Source: Psammoneis japonica (lineage: Eukaryota). Taken from it: a stretch of DNA of 64,000 nucleotides. Where the stretch lies: NCBI GenBank assembly GCA_008632985.1, contig QPGO01000042.1:372001-436000 (forward strand). The letters are read 5' to 3'. Of the stretch, positions 1-11,400 are shown one piece after another. Each line of letters starts with the position of its first letter. Within the stretch, counting starts at the first letter, position 1. The notes beneath the pieces are model-generated. The model did not search any database, had not been told where the DNA came from, and worked only from the letters and a program-made list of their open reading frames with translations. The position numbers and the translations under genes are program-made.

Positions 1-178
1 GAGCAAAGACCATGATTCTGACACCCTTGACGAGGAAAATTGTCAGTTTGAAAAAATGACGCGCAGTCATTCTGAGGAATGACTTGCACCGCAAGAGGAG
101 TCTTGCGCTCTGCTGGACATTGGGAAGCCCAGAAAAAGGGCCAAAGTAATTCACACTAGTCCAGCAGTCGTCGCCCAT

Positions 179-3100
179 GTGAATGCTTCATTGGGTGAGG
201 CGAAAAACAAGCCTCCACGCATTCTCCTCGACAGCGGAACATCGTCAACCACAATTTTGCGCAAATTCACGCGGAAACTCAGAACAAAAACATCCGCCAC
301 CAAACTCTGGGAAACCAAAGGAGGGCTCTTCACGACTGATGGTCGATGTAAGATCCAATTCTCCTTGCCCGAATTTGACAAACATGAGATGATTGAAACA
401 ACGGCACATGTTGACAACTCCCCTTCTTCTTCGAGTCATTGTGACATGATCATGGGACGCGACTTAATGTCAAGTCTTGGGGACAACATTGGACTTCTCG
501 AATGAAGAGATTAAATGGGGAAGATGCAACTGCTCCCATGAAGAATGTTGACACACTCTTCGATGCCGATGTTTTTAAGTTGATTGCCGATCACATTGAG
601 GAATCTCATGCAGTGATTGGTCTTGATGACAGGGTCAATCGGATCCTTGACTCAGACTGTCACGCTGCAAACCTCAATGATGTGACCGCAGCAGCCACTC
701 ATCTAACTCCTGAAGAGCAGAAGCAGCTGAACTTCCTCTTAAAAAGATTTGAAAACCTTTTCGATGGTTCTCTGGGCAAGTGGACCGGGAAACCGGTGGA
801 TTTAAAGTTGAAATCGGGCATGAGTCCGTGTCGTGCCAAACCATTTCCCGCACCACAAGCCTTGGAGGCGACCACTCGCAAAGAGGTTGAAAGACTGTGC
901 AAGTTGAAAGTCTCAAGAAAAACAAACTGTTCTGAATGGGCGGCTCCAACCTTTGTTCAACCCAAGAAAAATGGCAGAGTTCGGTTCTTGTCCGACTTTC
1001 GTGAGCCAAGTGAGAGGTCAATTCGTGCTCCGTTTCCTCTGCCCAATGTTCAGGATGTGCTGCAGAAGCTCGAAGGCTTCATGTGTGCAACGTCCCTGGA
1101 TTTAAACATGGGACACTGTCACATCGAATTGACGCCGCGCGCACGTCACTTGTGCACGATCGTCATGCCTTGGGGCAAATGTGAGTGCTGTGGACTCCCG
1201 ATGGGAATCTGTGGAGCTCCAGATGTTTTCCAAGAGCACATGAGTGAGCTCATGGCAGGTCTGGAGTTCGTCAGAACTCACATTGACGACATGTTGTGTC
1301 TTGCAAAAGGCGATTTTCAAGACCACCTCAAGAAGCTTGAAACGGTGTTCTTGCACCTGGAACAAGCCGGATTGAAGGTCAACGCCGAGAAGCCCTTTTT
1401 CGCCAAACCCGAAGCAGACCATCCAGGCTTTCATGTCACCCGCAAGGGCATCAGCCCAATTCCAAAAAAAACAGAAGCGATTCACGCGATCGCAACTCCT
1501 GAAACTCGCAAGGAATTGCGGCGCTTTGTCGGTGTGATCAACTGCTGTCGAGACATGTGGCCTCGACGATCTCATGTTTCAGCTCCTTCAGCCAAACTCA
1601 CTTCTACCCAAGTAAAGTGGCAATGGACCGAAACAGAACAAAAAGCCTTCGAAAACATGAAGCGCATCATCTCCAAAGATGTGCTGTCATCATACCCGAA
1701 TTTTAACGCACCCTTTGAGATGTGTGCCGATGCCAGTAATTCTCAATTGGGGGCGGTTGTTACTCAGAAAAACCGACCAATTGCCTTCTACAGCCGCAAG
1801 CTGAATGGAGCGCAAACGCGTTATGCTACAACAGAAAAAGAACTATTGTCCATAGTGGAGACGTTAAAAGAGTTCCGCAATATACTGTTTGGCCAACAGA
1901 TAAATATATATACGGATCACAAAAATCTCACACACAAAAATTTCACAACGGACAGAGTCATGCGTTGGCGTCTAATAAAATAGAAGAATACAGTCCCAAA
2001 ATAATATACCTTGAGGGCAAGGCAAATATTGTCGCAGATGCGATTAGCCGACTTACTATGAAGAAAATAGAACCTATGGAAACCCTCAGCACAGAAGAGC
2101 TAGCTGAAAAGGTCCTACCAAAATCCTACGACAATGTCTTTCCGTTAAATTACAAAGTTCTTGATTATGAACAAAAACGGGACAAAGACATTCTCTCCCA
2201 ATTGTCAAATAAGACGTTTCATACGAAGACTTTTCGTGGAGGCGAGCGAGACCGGTTGCTCATATGTCATAAGGATAAAATTGTCGTCCCGAGGACGTTA
2301 CAAAAGGCAGTGATAGATTGGTATCATACGTACCTTCTTCACCCTGGCATAAATCGAACAGAAGAAACAATCTCACAACACCTATGGTGGTCCACCTTAC
2401 GTGAAGACATACGAAAATACGTGTCGAGATGTGAGACGTGCCAAAAATTCAAAAAGAAACACAAGAAATATGGACATTTACCTCCTAAGTGCGCAGAATC
2501 CGCACCATGGGAACGACTGTGTGTGGACCTTATTGGGCCATACAAAATACGTCGTAAGGGAAAGAAAAAACCCCCAGTCCTGAAATGCTCAACTATGATC
2601 GATCCAGCAACCGGATGGTTTGAAGTTGTGGAAATCCCAAATGAGGAGTCCATGACTGCAGCTGGACTGCTAGAACGAACATGGTTGAGTGGATGTCCTT
2701 GGCCATCGTCAATTGCATGTGACCGTGGAAGTGAGTTCATCGGACACCAATTTAGAGAAATGGTGCAAGATGATTGTGGCATTGAAGTCAAGCCTGTGGC
2801 TGCACGAAATCCACAAGCAAACGCAATTGTTGAACGCGTGCATCAAGCACTGGGGAACATGCTCCGTGCATTTGATTTGCAACATGCACCTCTAGATGCT
2901 GAGGATCCTTTCACTGGAGTGCTGTCAGCGGCAGTGTTTGCGGTGCGTTCCACGTGTCACACCACTGCGCAAGCTGCACCAGGTCAACTGGTCTTCAACA
3001 GAGACATGACATTTGACGTCCAACATGTCGCAGACTGGAAATTGATCCAGCAGCGAAAACAAGAAATCACAAATAAAAATGACGCTCGAGAGAATGCTCG

Positions 3101-3287
3101 ACGTGCTCCTTGCACGTGCAGAGCAGGAGAAAAGACACTGCTCGAGAAAGACTCGCAAAAATTAGAACAGCCCTGTGTTGGACCGCATGCAATGACAACG
3201 GTGCATGCCAATGGCACAGCACAGATCAAACGCGGTGACGTCATTGACACTGTCAACATTCGTCGAACAATGCCGTTTGACGACTGA
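179..3287 (+). mobile_element. Ty3/Gypsy LTR retrotransposon pol (protease-RT-RNase H-integrase), frameshifted and TA-hypermutated; 5' part lies outside the window
   Basis: Protease ILLDSGT; RT WAAPTFVQPKKNGRVRFLSDFR, LPMG and a degenerate YxDD (THIDD); RNase H DAS..LGAV, YATTEKELLSIV, YTDHKNL; integrase HPG..C..C, CVDLIGP, DRGSEF, NAIVERVH. The PR-RT-RH-INT order is Gypsy. Frame breaks near 490 and 1975. Confidence 0.95.
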
Positions 3288-3300
3288 CTCTAATGTGCAA

Positions 3301-3707
3301 TTGGGGAGGCGAGTGCAACATGCGTTGTCATGCACGCATTGTGCGTGCGTGTCCATGTGTCAAATAAAAGCACATTTCAATCGCACGTCAATCGTGGGTT
3401 CGTACGAAGCACAGATCAGTCACACAGAAGTGATCGGATGTCGAGAATCGCAAATGCGATCGTACGATGATGTTGACATCTTGTGTGTCAACATCAATCG
3501 TGTCCGGACAATCTGTCATCACGATCACATTCTCCGAAAGGCCTTTTGTCTGCAGGAGCAGTGCAAAAGGTTCAGGCTGTTGAGAACCCGTTCGGAGAAA
3601 CCCAAAATGATTGCGTGGAAATGATTCTCATAATTTTCACCTTTTGAACTTCGTTCTACTTTCGTTTGCACTCGTTCTTCGAGCATGGTGCACATGGTTG
3701 CATTGCA
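3301..3707 (+). mobile_element. Polypurine tract (3303-3313) and putative 3' LTR (~3314-3707) of the Gypsy element
   Basis: GGGGAGGCGAG directly after the integrase stop, followed by TG. Candidate end ...TGCATTGCA at 3707, after which CpG density drops. Confidence 0.55.
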
Positions 3708-6243
3708 GAAACTGAAGCTCTTGTGCTTTGAAGCATCATTTTTTGAACAACTTCATGCATGATTGCATTTTGGTGCTCTTCTGGCAGCATGTGTGGTGCT
3801 GACACACTGGCCCAAGCTCTGCCTTGTTAATTGTTGCTCAAAAGCTGGTCAAACAACACAGCCACACAAAACTTTTGCCAGCAGCTTCTTGTCTCAAAGC
3901 TGCTCTCAAGTTCATGTTGGTGCAAACATCATCGTTGGAAAACTGGAGACAATTTTCTGAAAACAGCGCTGTTTCTCAGCACCAACCTGCTGAGAAAAGC
4001 ACCAACAGCTGTTTTTGTTGGCCATGACAAATCAAGGGCAAGTCTTCATCACAAAAAAGCAGGTGCATTTAAAAGAGAGATGCTGGCTTCATGACAAGGA
4101 GCAAGACTTTTGCAGGCAACAATTTTGCCTCCAGCTGCTGTGTGACTGTCAAGAGTTTCTTGTCACTTGCTTCCCACATGCTCTGTCAGCCAAGAGCACA
4201 AGTTGGAAATGATTGTCACACCCCCATCATGTGGCTGTGCACATGTGAGTCAAACAATCCCTGCCACTTGTGGCATTTGCAAGAGATGGCTGGCAACCCT
4301 TGTGTTGTCAAAATTTGGTGATTGCAAGACATGAAATGGCAGATTTCTTGATTGCTGCAAATGCTCTCAGGGATGCTGTGGTGTGAAGAATCTTCCATGA
4401 AGCCAAGCAGTGCTTCTTGCAATGTAAAAGCAGAAGAAAGCAGCAAAAAATGATTCTTTTTTTTGCTTTTTTGGGTTGCAGGCCACAACAGGCTGTCTTC
4501 ACCCCCACCAAAGCTGCCAGCACCCTGGCTCCATGCTGCAGCTGCTGCTGTCACAAAAGCAATTGTGCACTGCCCTGTTGCTTGGCTTTGTTGATGCACC
4601 CATCTGGCCACTGCCCAGCTCAACATCATGACAATTTCCAGCTTCTGAGACTCAAGAAGCATGAGAGAGCAAGAATGTCATTTGCCAAAGAGCAGAGTCA
4701 CTTTGATGCTGCACAAGGGCAGTGTGCCATGCAGCAGCACCACTTTGCCAACTCATCCTCTTTTGTTGTTTTGGGTTGGTGCAGCACCATTTGTTGGAAA
4801 AGTTTCTCACAAAGTGTTGTCAGGCCCACACCCAGCACTTTGCAAAAGAGCAAAGAAAAATGATGGCTGCTTTGCAGTGTGTGGAAATGCAGGGATGCCA
4901 AAGCTGGCTGCTGTCTCTCACCATCATTTTGTGCACAAAAAACACAAATGGCTTGTAGTTCACACAACCGTTGCACACACAGTGCAAGGAGGTGGTGAAC
5001 ACATCATTGAGATGACAACACGCAATGAATTTGGCCAGGGCTGTCTTTCAGCTCTTGCTTGTTTGTGTTTTGGGTGCTTGTTTCCAGGGAAAAGGTTGGC
5101 ACAGAAATCAGCTGGGCAAGTGCAAATGTGGAGAGAGATCAGCATCTCATGCTGCCACCAAGCCAAGCAGTCTGCCTTGTTTGACAACTGAGACCTGGAC
5201 CCACTCCTGGATTTTTGGGTGTGCAGCAACAGTGCAAGCACATTTCAGGATGTGCCCCAATGTGATGTGTGCACACACCATGCTTCCAGCCCCTGAACTC
5301 ACTCTCAGAGAGAGGGAGCTCTGCACAACCACTCTTTGACTGTGCAAAAGGCCAGCAAGCAAAAAGTTGTCTGATGTTTCTTGTTGTCCAGATGTTTCTT
5401 GCTTGCTGCCAGGGTGAAAAAAAAGGCAGGTGCACAATTTTGGACACAAGAGTGCACAAATTCCAGAGAGCCATGATTTCTCATGCTGCTGCTGAGCTGG
5501 GTTGACAACCAAACCTTGTCAGGTCCATGCCTGGATCTGGGCACACACCTTCACAGCATGCTTGTTTGGGTGGCACACCACTTTTTTGACCTCACTCTGC
5601 ACACACAATGATGTGACAGCATCATGGCATGTGCTGGTTTGGTGCCCAGCTTGTTCGCCATGAGAAGCCAGCTGGGCACATGGGGGAACATTGTCACAAG
5701 AAAAGAACAAGAGGGTGCCTGCGCTGCACATGCTGCTGTGATGGCTGCTGTCCACCTTGCACCAAGCTGGGCCTGGGTGCTGGCCACATCTCATGCAGCT
5801 TCCATGGCAGTGCAGGAAAATGGCTGTGATCCACACCAGTCCATCTGGAGGCCAGCTGTTGCTGCACCTTCTTGCAGAGGAGGGGGCAAGGGAACCCCCC
5901 TTCCCCCCCCCCCCCCCCCCACACACACACACAACACATGAGCACAAGTGCCGGCGCCGACAGCGTGCTGGTGGAAGAGGTGGAGGGCCTTTCAACCACC
6001 CATTTTTGTTGCAAGAACAACAAAAACTTGTGGCCTTGCTCTCTTTGAGAAGACCTCAGAGAGGACTTCAGAACGCGGTGGGGCCCTGACATCCACAGCC
6101 CCCACAAGACTTGCTGCCGGCATTGCTGCAAGTGAGCGGCAGCAGTTTGCCATCTGCTGAAGGACATGCGCGCCAATCCTTGCTTGCTTGCCTTGCTTCA
6201 CCCATCACAATCACCATCCACAGCCCCCACATGAGACTTGCCA

Positions 6244-8078
6244 CCAGCAAAAAACCAAATTGAGTCCTCATGACTGAACTGAGCATTTGTCCAACCCAAT
6301 TGTTGAGTCGATCAACAAATGAAATGATGAAAAAAAACAGGAATCAATCTGTGCTTGTTTCTGCAAAAATCTTCAATGGCAGCTGCTTTGGACCATGTGC
6401 TTGGATTTGGGTGCTTCGCTGTTCTCTGGCAGCCCGTTGCCATCGAACATGGTCGTTTGCATTTTTGAACACAAAAACAAGATTCAACAATCCTCTCTGA
6501 GACTTGCACCTGACATCACACAACAATTTTGTTAACACGCAAATGCAACATTCCACATTTTGAAACTTCTGAATTTGATGCCAACATTCCAACCTTTCAC
6601 CCACCACAATGATCGTTTCGTTGTTGGTCATTCCTTCCCACACAGAGAAGTCAGCAAGTGCAACGTCGTCCAAGTCTCCCACTTTCCTCATCAACTTCCA
6701 CCCACTGCGCTTTGTGGACAGTGTCTTTCTCTTGAACCGACAGCAACAACAAGCATCAGCTCCTCCAGGACATGGTGAAGAGGGGAGATTGCCTGAAGGA
6801 GCATCAAAGGAGACAACTGGAGAAGCTGAAGCAAGGCATGGGACATGGGATTGATGTGTCAGTCCATGTCCCAGCAAGATCTGTTTTAAATCAAGCTGCA
6901 CAGAACTGACCCCTGTGACACAATGGCTCATGACTGGGTGTCACATCCACAATGCAAAAAGTCAAGGATGCACTTGTTGGATGTTGCTTTGAATGGAAAA
7001 AGTGCACTCTGTGGATGCAAGCCAGCATCTGATCCACAGAATCCATGTGCCAAACTTGCTCTCAAAGTGTTGCAAAGGCTTCATGAAGCATGTGTGCCTT
7101 GCTGCATCTCTGCGTTGCCTCATGCCGGCATGACAGGAGAGATGCTCAGACATTCTTTGATGCCTTGAGGAGTTGGAGCTTCTTCCACGAGTGCATGGAG
7201 GTCCCGTGCCTTCAACAACGCTCAATGGCCATGGCTTTGTGTTGATTTAACAGGAAGCTGGTGGACACTGCTGCAAATGCATTGACAACTCGGCGCCCAT
7301 TTGACACCCTGCATTCAGCACGGCAAATGAAAACAACAAAGACAACGACAACAAAAAAGACACCAGCGAGATTGCTTCAGAATGAAGCAGCTGCATGGCA
7401 TCAAAAAACACTTCAAAATGCATTTGCTGTGACACTTGCAGAAGCCTGATGCACTGCAGCAAATGTGCTGTGAGAAGATGCCGTGCCGAGAACCTCTTGG
7501 CGCACTGCACTGGCAAGCAGATGACATTGTTTGATCTGCTGATGATGGGTGCAAAGAGTCATTGCACGAAAAAGGTGGTGCAACTTTTAAAGCCAGATTC
7601 AGCTGATCCCAAGCTCACTTCAAAACAAACTGTCATCCAACAGGTCTGCCAGTGAAAAACCAAATTGATTCCTTGTTTTTGCCAATTGTCGAGTGGCTGT
7701 TTTTCGCCTCACATTGGCTGGAGCTGACCATTTCTTCGCATTTCCTGTCCTTTTTCATCATCTCAAAATGTGGGATGTCACGCGCATGTGTTGACAAAGC
7801 TGTCACATGACATCAGGTGAGAATTGTTGAATCTTGTGCTCGCGTTCCAAAAACGCAAACAATGACCATGTTCGACGGCAACGGCCGCCCGAGAACAGCG
7901 AACCACCCAAATCCAAGCACATGGTCCGAAGCAGCTGCCATTGAAGATTCTCATAAAAACAAGTGCAGCTTGATTCCTGTTTTTTTTTCATCATTTTATT
8001 TGTCGATCGATTCAACAATTGGGTCGGACAAGGGCTCAGTTCAGTCATAAGGACTCAATTCGGTTTTTTTTTACTGGT
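6244..8078. repeat. ~260-bp inverted repeat pair (6244-~6500 / ~7815-8078) enclosing ~1.3 kb; possible non-autonomous TIR element
   Basis: The arms are reverse complements, also visible as near-identical ORFs MTELS..RSTN.MMKK on opposite strands. 6131-6220 also recurs directly at 8095-8185. Confidence 0.8.
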
Positions 8079-8403
8079 TGGGGCCCTACATACGAGTGAG
8101 CGGCGGCGCAGTCTGTCTGCTTGAGGGACGTGCGTGCCAATCCTTGCTCGCTTGCCTTGCTTCGTCCGTCATAAAAATCATCATCATCCCCACCCCGCCC
8201 GCCCCACCCCATCACAGGCAAACACCGGTGTTGTACGGTACCTAGGTACCGTACTGTAGTTGTTGCAAGAGCACATAGGTTCAGGTATTACTACTTGTCC
8301 CGGTTCCCGGTGCTAAGTACCAGCGAAGGAAGAGTGAGCAGGAGGGAGGAAAAGCCTCGAATCAGGACACTAGAAAAGACAGAGCTCACCATCTTCATAC
8401 AAC

Positions 8404-11400
8404 ATGGGCAAGCCCAAGGAGGATCGTTCTGGCTGGGTAGCGGTAGCTCCCGAATTTGCAGAGTCGACTGCCGAGGGACCCGCAATCCGTCCTGCGCAAT
8501 CGGCGTATCAGATCTTTCAAAAGGATGTGACGCCGGCAGTACGGGAGGAAGTATACAGCAAGTGCGGAGGAAAGTTTGAGCTAGCTGAATTCACCAAAGC
8601 AATCCATGCACGATGGAATGCCTTGGATGTTGTTCGTAAGGCTCGATATGAGGATCTGGCTCGCGAAGATGCTGCACGTTTTGCCAAGGAAAGCCACCAA
8701 GCCGACATTGAGCAGCTTGAACGACAGAATCGACGAAGGCAAGAACGGGAGGAGCTCATTCTAGATGATGGAACACAAGGACGAAGCACCAGAAGGAGTA
8801 GGAAGAAGCAGAAGAAGAAACAGGAGCGCCTCGAGCGAAAGAAAAAGCAGTCAAACCAGCAAGACGGATCTTCGTCTGATCCTCAGACAGACCCGGACTT
8901 TCACGACACCGGAGACTCTTATGACAGTGATGACTCCTCTTCCTATGACTCGGATGATAGCGACCGTCCTAAAAAGAAGAAGGTGGCTCCCCGGCAAGTG
9001 AGTCAAGCTGTACTTGAACGACGAGAAAAGGCGCGACAAGAGAAGGAAGAGAAAGAGAATTACATTGCGCAACGACAGGACGAGCTCCGACTTGATCGTG
9101 CGGCTCAGGCGAAACGACGACTGGATTTCCTCCTCAAACAGAGTGATATTTTTAGCCACTTTGGCAAGGTTGAAGAGGATAGAGCACGCCTTGTCAGCAA
9201 GAAACCGATTCGACGCGCCGAATCATCGGTCGAAACTGGGACTTCTCGACGTGCTGATTGCACGGAAGACGCTGAAGGAGTTGACGCGGAGGATATGGAT
9301 CAGGGGGATGAGCATAAAGCCACTTTTCTTACCGCACAACCGTCGACTTTAAGCCATGGAAAAATGCGTGAGTATCAGTTGGAGGGTCTCAACTGGATGA
9401 TCAGGCTTCAGGAAAACGGGGTTAATGGCATTCTAGCCGACGAAATGGGATTAGGCAAGTGTCTAGCAGAACAGAATCACGCAACCAATTCTGAATCAAC
9501 ACTCCTCACGTCACATGTCTTTTTTTTGTTTCGTAGGCAAAACGTTACAGTCAATTTCTATTCTTGTATACATGATGGAATACCAGAGTTGCAATGGACC
9601 GCACTTAATCGTCGTCCGAAATCTACGTTATCGAATTGGATGGGAGAGCTCGAACGGTGGGCCCCAACTCTAACTGCGGTAAAGTTCCACGGAAGTAAGG
9701 AGGAACGCACTGACATTGCGGAGAACGTTCTGCAGCCTGGGCAACGCGACGAAGACCGAGCTTGGCACGTATGTGTCACCACATATGAGGTTTGCAATAT
9801 CGACAAGAACGTGCTAAACAAATTTGCTTGGTCATATCTCATCATTGACGAAGCCCATCGTCTGAAGAACGAGGCATCTACGTTCTCGCAGACAATCAGG
9901 ACATATGAAACCCGATACCGTCTCTTACTTACGGGTACTCCGCTTCAGAATAATCTCCATGAGTTGTGGGCTCTCCTCAACTTCCTTGTGCCTGACGTCT
10001 TTGCTAGTTCGGAGCAGTTTGACGAATGGTTCAATCTAGACATTGATGATGCGATGAAAAGAATAAGCTCATTTCTCAGCTGCACAAGATTTTGAGACCC
10101 TTCATGTTGCGGCGTCTAAAAGTGGATGTCGAGAAGAGTCTTCCTCCAAAGCGCGAGACAATTCTTTTCACTGGAATGTCTGCAATGCAAAAGAAACTGT
10201 ACAAGGATATTTTGTTAAGAGACATCGACATGATTCAAGGAGGCGGAGGTTCAGGAAGCCGCACTGCGATTCTAAATATTGTCATGCAGCTTAGGAAATG
10301 TGCCGGACATCCCTACTTGTTCCCTGGAGTGGAAGATCGGTCGCTTCCTCCCCTTGGTGAGCACGTTGTGCAAAGTAGCGGAAAGATGGTCCTATTGGAT
10401 AAGCTGCTGAAGCGTCTGAAGGAAAGAGGACACCGAGTCTTGCTTTTCACTCAAATGACAAGAATCTTGGATATTCTGGAGGACTACATGATTATGAGAC
10501 AGTTTCAATATTGCAGGATCGATGGAAACACGAGTTACGAACTCCGAGAAGACAGCATTGATTCTTTCAACGCTCCAGATTCAAAGAAATTCATCTTTCT
10601 ACTTTCTACCCGTGCCGGTGGCCTTGGCATCAATCTCCAAACAGCTGATGTCGTCATTCACTTCGATTCAGATTGGAACCCGCAAGCCGACTTGCAAGCG
10701 CAGGATCGTGCTCATAGGTATGAAGGTTCATTGGTTCTTTCCGTGTCCTCGAATGTCGCCTGAACTGACTGAACGTACTATTCTTGCTGTTGTAGGATCG
10801 GACAAACGAAGGAAGTTCAAGTGTTTCGGTTCGTTACGGAGCACACAATTGAAGAAAAGATCGTTGAGCGTGCCCAGCAGAAATTGAAGCTCGATGCAAT
10901 GGTTGTGCAACAGGGACGCTTAAAGGATAAGGATAAGCTCTCCACGTCACAGCTGCTGGAGGCTGTGCGATTTGGCGCTGACAAGGTGTTCAAAACAAAA
11001 GACTCGTCCATCACTGACGATGACATTGACATGATTTTGGATGCGGGTGAACGAAAGACGCAGGAGATCAACGAAAAGTTGAAGAATGCCGAGAAAGGGG
11101 ATATGTTGGATTTCAAACTCGATGGCGGTATCTCAGCACAGACCTTTGAAGGCGTCGACTACTCGGGTAACGCCCTTGCGCAAGCGAAAGCGGAGCAAGC
11201 TCAGGCCCAACTGCTTGGCATGCTCGACATTGGAAAACGCGAACGCAGAACCGTTGCCAACTACAACGAAAACCAACTGTATCAGCAACAAATTCTTGCT
11301 CTACAAGGCGGCGCGGTGAAGGAGCGAAAGAAAAAGCCCAAGCGACTACCCAAGGGGTTGCGACTTCCCCGAATGGAAGAGTGGCAAATGTATGACAGGG

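Noticed and set aside
502..3287. Alternative genetic code or RNA editing as the reason for missing Tyr
   Set aside because: Neighbouring genes and the island at 1690-2580 use Tyr normally. TA is lost in all frames and in non-coding DNA. Both TG and CA products occur, unlike single-strand transcript editing.
3700..8000. Dense overlapping Cys/His/Gln-rich ORFs here and at 27-42 kb and 54.6-64 kb
   Set aside because: Loss of TA removes TAA/TAG stops in all frames and enriches TGY/CAN codons, so these are artefactual ORFs rather than metal-binding proteins.
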